Shown in pieces: positions 48,651-60,868 of a stretch of 64,000 nucleotides of DNA (its first letter is position 1; each line of letters begins with the position of its first letter). The position numbers were made by a program, and so were the translations under genes. The stretch is from Felis catus (lineage: Eukaryota). Location of the stretch: the NCBI RefSeq assembly GCF_018350175.1, contig NC_058368.1:45510001-45574000 (forward strand), read 5' to 3'. The notes beneath the pieces were generated by a model. It saw nothing but the letters and a program-made list of their open reading frames with translations. It was not told the DNA's origin and made no database searches.

Positions 48651-48904
48651 GCTAGGTATCAGTTTGTAGGTGAAGATTGTATGTCACCACATTTGACAGC
48701 ATAGGACATAAAACATATCTAATCCTTTTAGCATAACCTCATGTGGCAAAGAGAGACTTGACATGTTCGGCACCCACGATGATTCTGTTTCTGTCTTGGG
48801 AAATTAAGATCTCTTGGCTCTGGCTGCTAAAGGCTTGGTTTCTAGGGCCCTCTGAGGGTAAGATCTTGGCTTAATGGCTGCCCTCCAGTAATCATAGCTC
48901 TGAT

Positions 48905-49690
48905 CTAGATCATAGGCTCTGAAACCAGACCACCTGGATTTGAAACCCAAGTCTTCCTTTTCATAGCTGGTTGCTCCTTGACCAGTTATTTATATCTGCT
49001 TTATGGCCCAGCTCACTTAACTGTAAAATGGTCATAGTAATGACAGTGTATTTCTTCTTTGGGTAAATTCTTGGTCAACCTCCAACCGCAATATGGACAC
49101 CTTAGTTGTCCCCAATTTGGTTAAAAAAAAAAATCCTCTCATTCCTGAAATCACTCAGAGAAAGGTGAGCCCATCTCCATCTTCTGGTATGGATACTGGT
49201 TATTTAAGTTGATCTATGGCTTTCCTCTAGGCTCAGTTATCCATTTATGAGTGAATGTATGATCTACACAGACCAAATCATACCAAAGGAAAAAGTCTTA
49301 TAGTATATCTTTAACTTTCTCCTTTCCTTTCTAAACAGAATGAAACAAAAAGCCATGGCCTTCAATTTTCATTGGTGACCATCTTGTCCTATGACAAGAG
49401 CGAGGCTGAAGATGCAGGGTTAACAAAGCAGAGCAGAAGGGCAGAAAGATTGTGAGTTTTGATGACATGGGTGAGCCCCAGACAGAACTGCACCCAAAGC
49501 CTGCCTTATCTCTGAAATTCCAATTATTGTGAGATATTAAATTTCTTTAATATTTAAACCAATTTGACCTCGTGTTTTCTGTTACTTGAGAAGAACACAA
49601 TAACTGATATACTATCTCATATATTGAACTGTAAAAATAAATGAGAAAAAATTTATAATGCACCTAGCAAAGTGCTCCGCACATAGCTAT
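48905..49690 (+). mobile_element. MIR split by an MLT1 (MaLR) LTR at about 49048-49610
   Basis: MIR 5' part (GGCTCTGAAACCAGACCACCTGGATTTGAAACC...CTGTAAAATGG) and 3' part (AAATGAG...GCACCTAGCAAAGTGCTCCGCACATAG) flank an MLT1-type end (TTTAAACCAATTTGA...TTTTCTGTTACTTG...TAACTGATATA). Confidence 0.7.
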
Positions 49691-49897
49691 TTTTAGCTAG
49701 CACAGGTTGGCTTTTATGCCTTCTTTGTCAACTTACTTTCTGCATCAATTAGCCTAATCCTCATATAACCCTTGCCTTTTTCCATAGTTTTCACCTTCTT
49801 CATACACATTCTGTTTATAAACAATGTTATTGATATACAATTAGTTTACATTTTGTAATTCAGTGCGTAAAATAGTATCTGATGCAAAAGGAACATA

Positions 49898-50058
49898 TTC
49901 TCTCTCTCTCTATATATATACATACATATATATGTGTGTGTGTGTATATATATATACATACATATGTATATACATATGTACATACATATACATACATGTG
50001 TATATACATATGTACATACATATGTATATGCATATATATGTATACATATATATATATA
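49898..50058. repeat. (CT)n followed by a mixed (TA)/(CA)/(TG) microsatellite
   Basis: Read directly. Confidence 0.95.
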
Positions 50059-51892
50059 AAATATTTTTTTAATGAATAGATTTAACTCCTCTGACCCCTA
50101 CAACACGTAACAATGATTCTTAAGGTATTTATACATCCCTTACTAAGCCTCTCACAGGGAAATAGGGAAATGGTTCATTTACACATGGGTAATTATATAT
50201 TTACAGATACAAAAACGTTCACATGTTAGCATTTTGTCATACAAACTTTGAAACTTTGTAAAGTTAGTTGTTTGAATTTGATATAGTAGCACTCTAAGAC
50301 TTATCCTCAGATGCCATAACTTAATGAGAAGCTATTCTCCCATTGTTCGCTTTTCTTCCCTCGTATAAAAATTACAAGATCAAAGATAAACAGAACAATT
50401 AGAGACTCAGAAATGTTTAAAGAAGAAGGAAATCAACAACCTTAAATATATGCAAGGTAATATTTGTAAGTTAATAATAAGACATTCGTTACATCGACTC
50501 TTAACGCTAACTGTTAGGAGTCACAAGACATCATTTAGGAAAGAAGAAAAAATATGGTATGTGAATCTAAAATAAAGTATTTAAAATACTATTTTAATAA
50601 TAGCAAGCACAAAAACACTTAGCATGTTCACTCAAACACGAATGTTTAATCCCCCTGAATTCTTTAAATCTCTGATCTCCTTTGGGAATGAAATAACTTC
50701 AGGGCTCAATTTGTACTGGTAGCTTAATGATTAAAGATGAAAAAGTCTTTGCCTGTGCATCTGATTTTTTATATGCCTTGTTTTACTGCAAATCCTATTA
50801 AAATAAACTCTGCTTTTAGTTGCTGTAAGTAATTGGATCCAGTACTTCACAGTTGAAAAATGTTGGCTTCCAATTTTAATCTTTCTTACTAAAAGGATGA
50901 CACTAGAAAACAAGAGGGCTTATAAGTACTATATAAGATACAATTGTTAAAATAAAATGTAAAAATAGTCTACTACATTTGTAAATTGTGTATGTCTATG
51001 TGTTAGGGACAACTCAAAGCAATTTGCAATAGTACTTTTTTATTTGTTATCAATAAAATGTATCTGGTGTCTTCTCTATTTAATTTTATGCCAATAAAGG
51101 AACATAATACTTTAAGCTGAAAATAAGAAATCTAATGCTGACCTTTATGCTATACATCTCACACCCAAATAAGTAACCTGATTTAAACATAATTCTGTCA
51201 AGTTTATGCATGTGAGTACACATACGGGGCGGGGGGGCAGGGTGAAGGAGCAAAGTGGGGATTCTGTGAGAAGGAAAGTCTAACTTGATTTTGCTCCCTG
51301 TGGGAACCAAGATTTGACATTCAGAATTATTTTTTTGCCAGAATCTTTGTGATGACAAAAACATTTGCTTAAAATAACTGAGCGAATAGTCTGTAAATGA
51401 GAAATATGTACAAGTTACTGTTTACCAAGTGGTAAGTGATATACAAGTAGATCTGATAGTTTCTTTCCAGTAAGAAAGCAAGGGTCACCCCTTGTGAGCA
51501 CAAGACAATTCTTAACGTTCTCTCTGATTTGGTATCGCTCTTTTGCAAATTAATAATGCCTTTGTCTCATTTAGTCTGGTCTTTTCTAGAATAATCCTTT
51601 CTTACTGCCTAACCTTTATTGCCATATCTTTGTTCTTATTGTTCCCTCTGATTCAAAGTCATTTGTAGGCAGTGAATCTCTCATGATTTCTCCTTGTTTT
51701 TAAGACATGACATTTGCTTTCTAAACCTATTACGGATTATATATAATTCAAACAGTACAGCAAAGTACAAAGAAGAAAATAAAGGACACTCCAGATCCCA
51801 CCAACAAGAAACCAACATTATTAAGTTTATAAGACTATCATTTCTGACATGTCTTAATGCCTAATAGACTGATAGATGGATAAATACAACAG

Positions 51893-53110
51893 ATTAGTTC
51901 TCCAAGTCTGATCTATAATGCCGTGGGTATCCTCACAGATCCTTCTAGGGAATGTGCAAGGCCAAACTATAGTCATTATAACACTGAGATAATATTTGCC
52001 TTTTTTACTGTATGGTCATTTTTCTGATAATGCCAGAGCAAGGATCAGTAAAATCGCTGCCTCCTTAGCACAAATTAAGACAGCATCCCCAAACAGTTTT
52101 AATAGTAATTGTACTCCTCACCACAATGCGCTAGCAGTTAAAAAAAAATAAGCCAGTTTCACTTACAAATATCCGTTAAAGAAGAGAACCCCAAATATTC
52201 TGGTTATCTGAAAGAAAAGCTTTTTTATGTGCTTGAGTTGTGTGCTAAACTAGCCACATTTTCCATGTAATAATTTTTTCTCAAGAATTATTTCAAGTAA
52301 TCTCTATGCCCAACATTGGGCCTGAACACACAAAACTGGAGATTAAAAGTCAAATGTTCTACCAACTGAGCCAGACAGGAGACCCCCATAGAATAATATT
52401 TTAATGTAAAAGAAGGACTAACAGAAAATATATGGTTATTTAGGTGTAGATACTTGGAAGACATTTTATTAAAAAATGGTCATTGAGAGTTTGACACCCA
52501 AGGAAAACAAGTAGGCAACAGACAATATTTATTGTCGCGGATAAAATTCCAGCTTTCAAGAAGAAACGAGAATTGTGGAAACCTGCCCCTGTGAAATTTA
52601 TAACCCCCTGGTCCTTCTACATACCTGTGATGAGAAGATAGCAAAATTAATGCATTTTTTTTGTATTTTGATAGTAAATAATCAAGACAGGTGCTACAAA
52701 ATCACGCATGGCTAAAGAGCTCTTCAAACCACAAGACACACTAGATTTCAATATAAGAGAATACGAAAAGTTCATTGACGTGATTTCACATTGCAACTAT
52801 TCTTCAGGAAACCCCTCTTATAAAGTTTTTGTGTAACATCATACAGGCTCGTTTTCTTCTTTTCCAACTATCTGTATGAAGCTGGATTTTCTTTATATAA
52901 TTCAGATGTAGGTACAGACTGCAGCAAATTGACTGCAGAAGCTTTTTCTATTAAATCAGACATTATGGAGAACTGCAAAAACGTAGAACAATCCCACTCT
53001 TCTCACGAGGTTTCGATTTGGAAAGCATACTTTTCATAGACTTCATTATTAATGTTAACATATAATGAATTTTTAATTTTATATAGATTAAATAGATTGC
53101 ATACATTAAA
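51893..53110 (+). mobile_element. Charlie1-family hAT DNA transposon remnant with decayed transposase sequence
   Basis: Start resembles CAGTGGTTCTCAAAGTGTGGTCC. Internal CTCCTTAGCACAAATTAAGACAGC...GTAATTGTACTCCTCACCAC, GGATAAAATTCCAGCTTTCAAG, TGCAGAAGC...CTATTAAATCAGACATT. Confidence 0.8.
52275..52387 (-). mobile_element. Short old carnivore SINE inserted in the Charlie element
   Basis: AAGTAATCTCTATGCCCAACATTGGGCCTGAAC...CTACCAACTGAGCCAGACAGGAGACCCC. Confidence 0.8.
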
Positions 53111-53285
53111 GATAAATACAGATTTTCTAAATGCTCAGGTCTAACTTCCAATATAGTAAGTATCTGTTTTCTTTCTGCTTAGTTCTCCACATTTTATCTC
53201 TGTCATATTTATATTATCTTCTTAATTACCTTAATTTCTCAAAAATATTCGTGGGTATTCACTGTTATTATCTCAAACCTTTAAT

Positions 53286-53447
53286 GTCGGTTGACTGTGG
53301 GATTCTTGATTTTGGCTCAGGTCATGATCCCAGGGTTGTGTGATTGATCCCATGTCACATTGGGCTCCAAAGCACTGAGTTTTGGATTCTCTCTCTCTTC
53401 CTCTGCCCCTCTCCCCCACTTGTGCTCTCTAAAAATAAAAAAAAAAT
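53286..53447 (+). mobile_element. Old CanSINE with decayed 5' end
   Basis: CTTGATTTTGGCTCAGGTCATGATCCCAGGGTTGTG, (CT)n, A tail. Confidence 0.85.
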
Positions 53448-56400
53448 GTAAATTTTCTGAATTTTTCATGATAGATTTCTTTCATCATTTTCTTTGTCAC
53501 CTCCTCCCTGTTCTTATCTTTTTGTTTTTCCATTTTCTTCTTGTTCTCATTACTTTTGCTTTGTTTTTTTCTTGCTTGATTTGCTTCATAGTTGTGTCAT
53601 ATCCTGCATGTCACTTGTGCTTAAATCAGAAGATAGATCTATCAGAATCGTTTTGGTCCCTCTTACATCTTTCTGAAATCAATTCCTCCACCAATGCCAC
53701 TTCTCTGCATCCTGAATAGAGCCTTTCTTGGAAGCCTGAGGTTCTTCTTTCTTTTTCTGATATATTAAATATCTCGCAGAGTTCTTTCTTTTGGTGCAGT
53801 ATGTATCTTATTTCCACACAAGGAGTCTTTTTCCCAAATTAGAGCTATTAATGAGATCTTTTTGGATTTTGTTTACCCTCTATTCTCTGCTGTGAAGAAT
53901 GGGATTTGGATTGAGAACTGAGCTGTGTCCCTTGAAACAAGAAATTTCTCTTTTCTTTTGCTGTTGCTGTTGAGTGTCATGGCACGAGACTGCAACACTT
54001 CTCATATGGATGATGGAGGTCTTTTTTTCCCCCTTTACTGCTATTTTTAATTTATTCTGTTAGATATTGGAGCAAGAAATATTTATGACCCAATTTATTC
54101 TTCTAGCTTTCTCAGAAAGTTTCTTCTCAAACTGCAAATTAATAATTAATTTTTGAAAGCTTGACTTCAATTTGATTTAAAGTATAAATTCTGACTTTTT
54201 TTTTAACTCTGGACATGATTTTGTGATTGGCTCTCCAGTTAGAATGCTCCATGACTCCTGGATATTACATCATTGCTGAGGGGTATTCCAGGGTCATCAA
54301 ATTCATCTATTTGTCAATATTATGGGAGATTGGAAGAGGGCTAATTTCTAAACTTCTTTGGAAAGAGGCAATTATATTCTTCTATTTGGAAAATGAACTG
54401 AAAATAGATTTCACCATGAGACATATTATATAATATTAAAGTTTTCCCACACAATAATAACATAGGATGTAGCCAATTTATGTAAAAATGACTTTCTAAG
54501 TTTCACATATGCATATACAGTGACACAGATAATTAGGTAATTCTCTATATAACACTTGCCTTTGGCCTGCAATACTTGGGTTTGCTACCAATATAGTAAG
54601 TTCATGATATATTGAATAAATGTACAATTCATTTTTTGGGGTGTTGACACATTTTCAAGATAAGACAGTGTTTGAATGGAAAATCATATGGGTTATTCTT
54701 CTAAGATTGAAAGTTAAAATCCTGTTCAATATTTTAAATATAAACTGGTTTTTGAAGTAATGAAATTACTCTGAACAGATTTAATATGCTTGTTCCCTAA
54801 TGTGATAAGGGCATTATATATTTTGTGAAATAAATGTAGAATAAGTTTAAAAATAAATATACATGGTCCATTTACAATACTCCAGTGAAATACATGGGTG
54901 TTTCACTACATGTTTCACTGACAAAAAATAATCACATAAATCTTCCACACACAGCTGCAATTTAGTGAAATATGCAGTTTTCTGTTTTCTATTACTGTAT
55001 ACAGTATAAATTCTTCTGCTGGAAGACAGATTGTGACAAATTTGCAAACAGCATCTGTATTCATACATTTGAAACATTAATTTATCCAGCAATAAAAATT
55101 TTGATTTCCCAAAAGGAGAGTCATGCCTGAGAACTAATGCCTATTTTTGAGACTTAACTGAGTTTTCAATGTTAGTCATTTTCTCATGAGTTACGTGCTC
55201 CCATGGAAAAATATACAACTTAACAGCAAGTACAGAGAGTTAAAAGGGTCACACAAAACATAAATCTGTATGCCTAGTTTATGTATGTGTATAATTCATA
55301 TAAATAAATTTTTGACTACCTACACTTTCCATTATGGAAAATGCTTTTGTTAGCAACAATATCAAAGGAATAACAAGGAAAGCTCTATAATATATACACT
55401 AAATTAAATGCTTACATAGTACATGTTTTGAAATGATAAATATTGCTCTGGGCATAATAGTGAAACTTCTTGAAATTGAAAAATAAAGCCTATGTTTATT
55501 GGCCAGTTGTGTTGTTTATTTCCAGATATAGTATTTTCAAAAGAACTATATGAAAGTAAAACAAATTAGGACCATGTTAATGCAATTCCAACTGTTTAAA
55601 GTGTTCTTTTCCTTTTAATTCCTTGGAAACTTATCAATCATTCAGCACAAGCCACTTTTTAACTCCCAGTTTCGTAAATAATGACACAATATATAATCTC
55701 TACAGTAAAGAAAGCAATTCAATTAGTCATTTCTGTTTGTTTTGTTTGCTGTTTTTGTTTTATTTTCCTTGGTATCAGTTATTTATTTAGTTCACTCGTG
55801 ATACCTATTTGATATTATTTGATTTGTCATCTAATTTCTTTTCCTTCAATAACTGATTCACAAGGAAAGAAGATGTTTGATTGGACTATTTTATAATCAT
55901 TTTGAGAAAACTTACAATTTTCTTAGGAAACAACCAATTTTATCAACTTAAGCAAGGCAACCTCAGCAGCTCCCCAAGAGTATCATACAAAAACTCACCT
56001 TATTTTGGATTTCTCTTGTTCTATAGTAGTCTTACAACTGTTGATCAAATTATATTTTAAATACATGCAAAAAATATTTTTTAAGTGACAGAATATGAGA
56101 TTTTAAAATTCAAACGGCTTTCTCAGCTATTTGAATACTGATGATCTGAAATCTGCATCCATGCTGCTTTTTTAATTAAAATTTTACCCAAAGGAAAACA
56201 GTATTTAACAGTTTGTGAGTTTACTCTCTCTAGAAATTGTGTAGTGAATTGTTTGCTCATACCATAAGGTGCTCCAGTGTCCTGGGCTTTTGCTTTACTG
56301 TCTGATCTTTTTTTTTTTTTTTTTTCTTTTTCCACTGCTGTTACACTTTTGACCCAATTTAATTGACATAGGCAACAGCATTCACATTGTTCTCTGACTG

Positions 56401-57778
56401 ATTACCTGAACAGGTAGTGGGGAAAAAAGGCAAACCAGAGAGCTGGCTGGGACATTCACTTCAGTCATACCAAACTGGAAAAGAGGAAGTATCACTCAGA
56501 GAGAAAACCTGAAGAAACTACTTTGCAGGAAGGAAGTGACCCCAGAGAATTCTTCAACCTCTGCGTTTATGAATTTCTCATTTTTAATTAATTTCCTCTT
56601 TCAAGTCAATACATTTTCATATATCATTGTCTCAAGACTGCTGTAGGGCTAGAAAAATCTGAACTACCTCACTGTTGACATATGTGTTAGGTGTGCCTGC
56701 TTTCACCTTCTCTGCTTGAGGAGAATATAATTTTTGTTTGCATTGGTTTAGTTTGTTTTTCTTTTGTTCTTTTAATATTTTCTTTTTATCAGCCACAAAA
56801 AAGAACTGGAAAATAAACAAGTTTTACTGGTTCTCTATAAAATTCCAATTGTTCACTAACAGCCATTAGATTCAATGCACTATTTAACTGCCTTAAGCTT
56901 CCTTAACCATGGTAATGACATTTCATAATTTGTGTTTCATCATTAAAGAAATGGAACATGAGAAAAATACCTCCATGACATCATGAGTACATTTTGTTAT
57001 TTTAATGATGGAAAAAAACTCTTATGAATGCATTGCCTGAATTAAGATAGTCCTATGCTTGGATTACGTTGAGAGACCCTTGACTTTAGGGGCCCTTAGA
57101 AAGGTGGGATTCTTCCCAAACAGCCATCTGAGGTGGGTTATTGCCTGTAAGGTCTTGGGAGATAATCAAGATGTGGCACTGTCTGTGATCCATGAAGTGG
57201 AGAACCTGCTTTGGCCTTTCTCTAGCCACTCACCCTGGGAAAAGAAGTTTACAGGAGCCAAAGGGTTGTGCTTACTAACAGCAACAAAACCCCATCTGCA
57301 CCATTCCAAACATCTCAGACTCCAGAATTTCCTACCTACTGTCTCCAAGCCCATGTTTAGGGCAGGTACAGGATTTTCCCACTGGTCTATACTACCAAGG
57401 GCAGAATGTGCCAACTCACTTCAACTATACGAAGATCCAAACCATCATTGTTTCTGAGGAAGAAAAGAAATAGTTTGGACTGAGTACTGAGGATAGGGAG
57501 TCCCTATGTATATTCCTAAGGTTGCTCATGATGCAGGGGTAGCCTCAAGGGAGAAAAGAAGAATGGCCTGGGACCTCAAACTGGTGATATGGATGAGGGT
57601 TACTTGATTGATAACTTTGTAACTTGATTTATAATCTTAAAATGTTTATACGCTTTGTTGTTTGGCCTCCATTTATACTCATACCTAGGTAAATATTAAA
57701 GGAGAGCTTCCTGAAAGTTTATCTTTTATTTGTATTAAGTCATTTGCTCTAGTTCAGCAGAATGATATAATTGGTAAA

Positions 57779-57781
57779 AAA

Positions 57782-57820
<39 letters not shown>

Positions 57821-57826
57821 AAATAA
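57779..57826. repeat. (AAAT)n microsatellite
   Basis: Read directly. Confidence 0.95.
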
Positions 57827-57909
57827 GTCATCTTAACATGAAATGGATTTGAGTTTAAATGTCCCCCTTCTATTTCACAAGTTCTGTATAAAAGTATGAA
57901 GAGTTTGTA

Positions 57910-58155
57910 TTAATAGTCCAGATGAGGCAATTCATATATAGAAAGTATATCAATGGTTGCAAGGGCTGGGAGGGAGGGAAACTATGGTATGACTACTAGT
58001 AATTATGGAGTTTGGTTGAGGAGTAAGAAGATAAGCTAAAATGAGATTGTAGTGATTATCACACAACTTTTGAATAAGAAAACAACAAGGGATTGAATGG
58101 TTCAAAGGGTAAATTATATTACATGTGAATTATATTTTAGTAAAGCCATTATTTT
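57910..58155 (+). mobile_element. Old L1 3' end (L1MB/L1ME-like)
   Basis: AGAAAGTATATCAATGGTTGCAAGGGCTGGGAGGGAGGG...GATTGTAGTGATTATCACACAAC...TGTGAATTATATTTTAGTAAAGC. Confidence 0.75.
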
Positions 58156-58724
58156 TTTTTAAAAAAGAACTGCAAAATAAAGAGATTACATCTTGATATA
58201 AAATCTAATTTAAATTATCTCAGTGAAATAAATATATTGCAATGTGGAGACTTTCTTTCGATTGTTTTAATAGTTTATTGTACGGAAATAAGAGAATAGT
58301 ATGACCTACTCCTAGCTGAAGATTGTGGGAAAATCCAAATGTATCCTTTGCTTTGATAGCCTTTTATCATTTATTTGTTCAATGCCTAGTAGGCCTGTTT
58401 ATAATACAGAAGAAGCAATAGATCTGTAGGTATATTCCTTTTCCAGTTTTGCTACTGAGCCTCACATAACTTAGCTCTTTAGAGGAAACACAGCTAACAC
58501 ACATCTGCTAGTATATATCTACCAGTGTCTTTTCCTCTAAAACTTACCTAGCTATTGTCTGTTCTAAATGTGATGTAAAATCAAGTAACTAAAATTCCAC
58601 TGATACAGTTATTGTAGAAATCTATCTATATCATACTATTTAAAAATCCCTTAGTTTGTAGAATATCTAAGCTTTTCCATATCCTTCTGATAATGCAATT
58701 TTCAACATTAAAACTTCATTTCCT

Positions 58725-58948
58725 TTTTTTAATTTTTTAAATATTTACTCATTTTTGAGAGAGACAGAGAGCACGAGCAGGGGAGGAACAGAGAGAGGGA
58801 GACACAGAATCCAAAGCAGACTCCAGTCTCCAAGCTGTCAGCACAGAGCCTGACACAGCACTCAAACTCATGAATCGCAAGATCATGACATGAGCTGAAG
58901 TCAAAGTCAAAGTCAAATGCTTAATCAAATGAGCCACCCAGGTGCCCC
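58725..58948 (-). mobile_element. Felid SINE
   Basis: SINE body with an internal (GTCAAA)3 slippage. TSD TAAAACTTCATTT / TAAACCTTCATTT. Confidence 0.95.
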
Positions 58949-59012
58949 TAAACCTTCATTTTCTAATGTAAAAGTCTATACAAATACAAATGTTCTTCCA
59001 ATGGTACAAATA

Positions 59013-59583
59013 TTTTTTCTTTTCAAATTTTTATTTAAATTCTAGTGAGGTAACACACAGTGCAATACTGGTTTCAGGAGTAGAATTCAATGATTTGTGA
59101 CTTACACATAACACCCAGTGCTCATCGTAAGTGCCCTCCTAGTACCCATCACCCATTTAGCCCATCTCATACCCACATCCCTCCACCCACCCTCAGTTTG
59201 TTCTTTAAGAGTCTTTTATCATTTGTTTCCCTCTTTTTAAATTTTTTTCCACCTCCCTTACGTTTATTTGGTTTCTTAAATTCTACATGAGCAAAGTTAA
59301 TCGGTATTTATCTTTCTCTGACTCATTTCATTTAGCATAATACACTCTAGCTCTATCCATGTCATTGCAAATAGCAAGATTTCATTCTTTTTGCTGGCTG
59401 AGTAATATTTCATTGTGTGTGTGGGGGGGGTGTGGGTGTACATGCACACCATCTTTTCTTTATCCATTCATCAGCCGATGGACATTTGGGCCCTTTCCAT
59501 AGTTTGGCTGTTTTGGATAATGCTACTATAAACATTGGGGTACATATCTCCCTTCAAATCTGTATTTTTGTATCCTTTGGGTA
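59013..59583 (-). mobile_element. 5'-truncated carnivore L1 3' end
   Basis: Reverse complement of the ORF2 C-terminus and 3' UTR (ACACCCAGTGCTCATC; TTATCCATTCATCAGCCGATGGACATTTGGG). Imperfect TSD gtacaaatatttt / gtatgaatatttt. Confidence 0.92.
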
Positions 59584-60071
59584 TGAATATTTTTAAAGAC
59601 TTCCTATTGACATTACAAAACCCAATTCATTTTTTTTCTGCTGTGCTTGTTTTTTATTTTTGTTAAAATTTCTCACATATGCATTTTTCTGTTTTGATTA
59701 GTCTCACTCACTAGTCCATACCCACATTCATGAATACCAATATGATTGTTAGAGTTTAGTTGACTACTCTACTTCCAATCTCTGTCCTTCAATTCATCCA
59801 GAATTCTACTGTTGTGGTGATCCAATAATGACAGTGTGCGGTCCCCTATTGTCTACAAAAATCAAATTCAAATTCTTCTTCCAGATTTTATAACCCTAAT
59901 TCCTGCTTCCAGCAGTGCCTATTAAATACATCATTCAATCTTCAATATGAAATATCTCATCTAGTTCTCAATCATACCACATTAATTCCTTTGGACTTAA
60001 ATTCTCATTTAAATATGTTTACATTATCATTAAAAAAAAGGAAAACTAGTCTTAAAGGATATAGTAGATTC

Positions 60072-60420
60072 GGGGTGCCTGGTTGACTCAGTAAGTGAAG
60101 TGTGCAGCTCTTGATCTCAGGGTTGTGAGCTTGAGTCCCATGTTAAATGTGGAGATTACTTAAAAATAAAATATTGGGGCTCCTGGGTGGCTCAGTCGGT
60201 TAATCATCTGACTTCGGTTGAGGTCATGCTCTCACGGTTCATGAGTTCAGAGCCCTGCATCGGGCTCCGTGCTCACAGCTCGGAGCCTGGAACCTGCTTT
60301 GGGTTCTGTGTCCCCCTCTCTCTCTGCCCCTCCCCTGCTTGCACTCTCTCTCCCTCTCACTCTCTCTCTCTCTCTCTCAAAAATAAACATTAAAATTGTT
60401 TTAAAAATAAAATATAAAAA
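60072..60420 (+). mobile_element. Short old SINE (60072-60174) with a felid SINE (60176-60400) inserted in its tail
   Basis: Inner TSD TTAAAAATAAAATAT at 60160-60174 and 60401-60415. Outer TSD AAAGGATATAGTAGATTC (60054-60071) / AAAGAATATGGTAGATTC (60420-60437). Confidence 0.93.
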
Positions 60421-60494
60421 AAGAATATGGTAGATTCTAGTGTACTACTCCTATCACCTTTTAAATAAACTCATTGGTCCCCAACTGCTGTAAA

Positions 60495-60868
60495 TGTGAT
60501 AGAAAGTGGCTCTCAGATGTCACCCCACTCTGATGAATGCCGCAGCTAAGGCAATCGCCCTTGTCCAAAGTCACCCCTCTTTAAATGGGTCAGTGGCATC
60601 CAGGGACTGATCAACATAGGTATATAAAATATCACCACTTTCTGCTTCTCCAGTTTAGGACAACTCTAGTAGGCCATACCAGGTTCCAGCTCCTGACAGG
60701 CTGACCGGGTCCATCACTGGAAATGCATCAAGCCCTACTTCTCTGCCAACTCCTGCTTTCTTCCTTGCTGGTCTACAGATGTTGATTCCAAAATAATTCC
60801 CTAACAAATGCACTGAGTTCTTAATCTCCATCTTAAAGTCTGTTTTGAGGAAAAAGCAACCTACAACA
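60495..60868 (+). mobile_element. LTR16-family ERVL solo LTR
   Basis: TG...CA ends, TATATAAAA at about 60621, GGACAACTCT...GGCCAT, CAGATGTTGATTCC, ATCTCCATCTTAAAGTCTG...CAACCTACAACA. Confidence 0.75.

Noticed and set aside
51225..51248. G-rich runs (also 22115, 24745, 34583 and the L1 3' UTRs) as functional G-quadruplexes
   Set aside because: Mostly homopolymer runs or the standard L1 3' UTR tract; nothing suggests a locus-specific function.
57059..57457. 132-aa ORF in a more GC-rich patch
   Set aside because: Non-ATG start, no recognisable domain or splice context; the patch looks like a decayed LTR that I cannot name.
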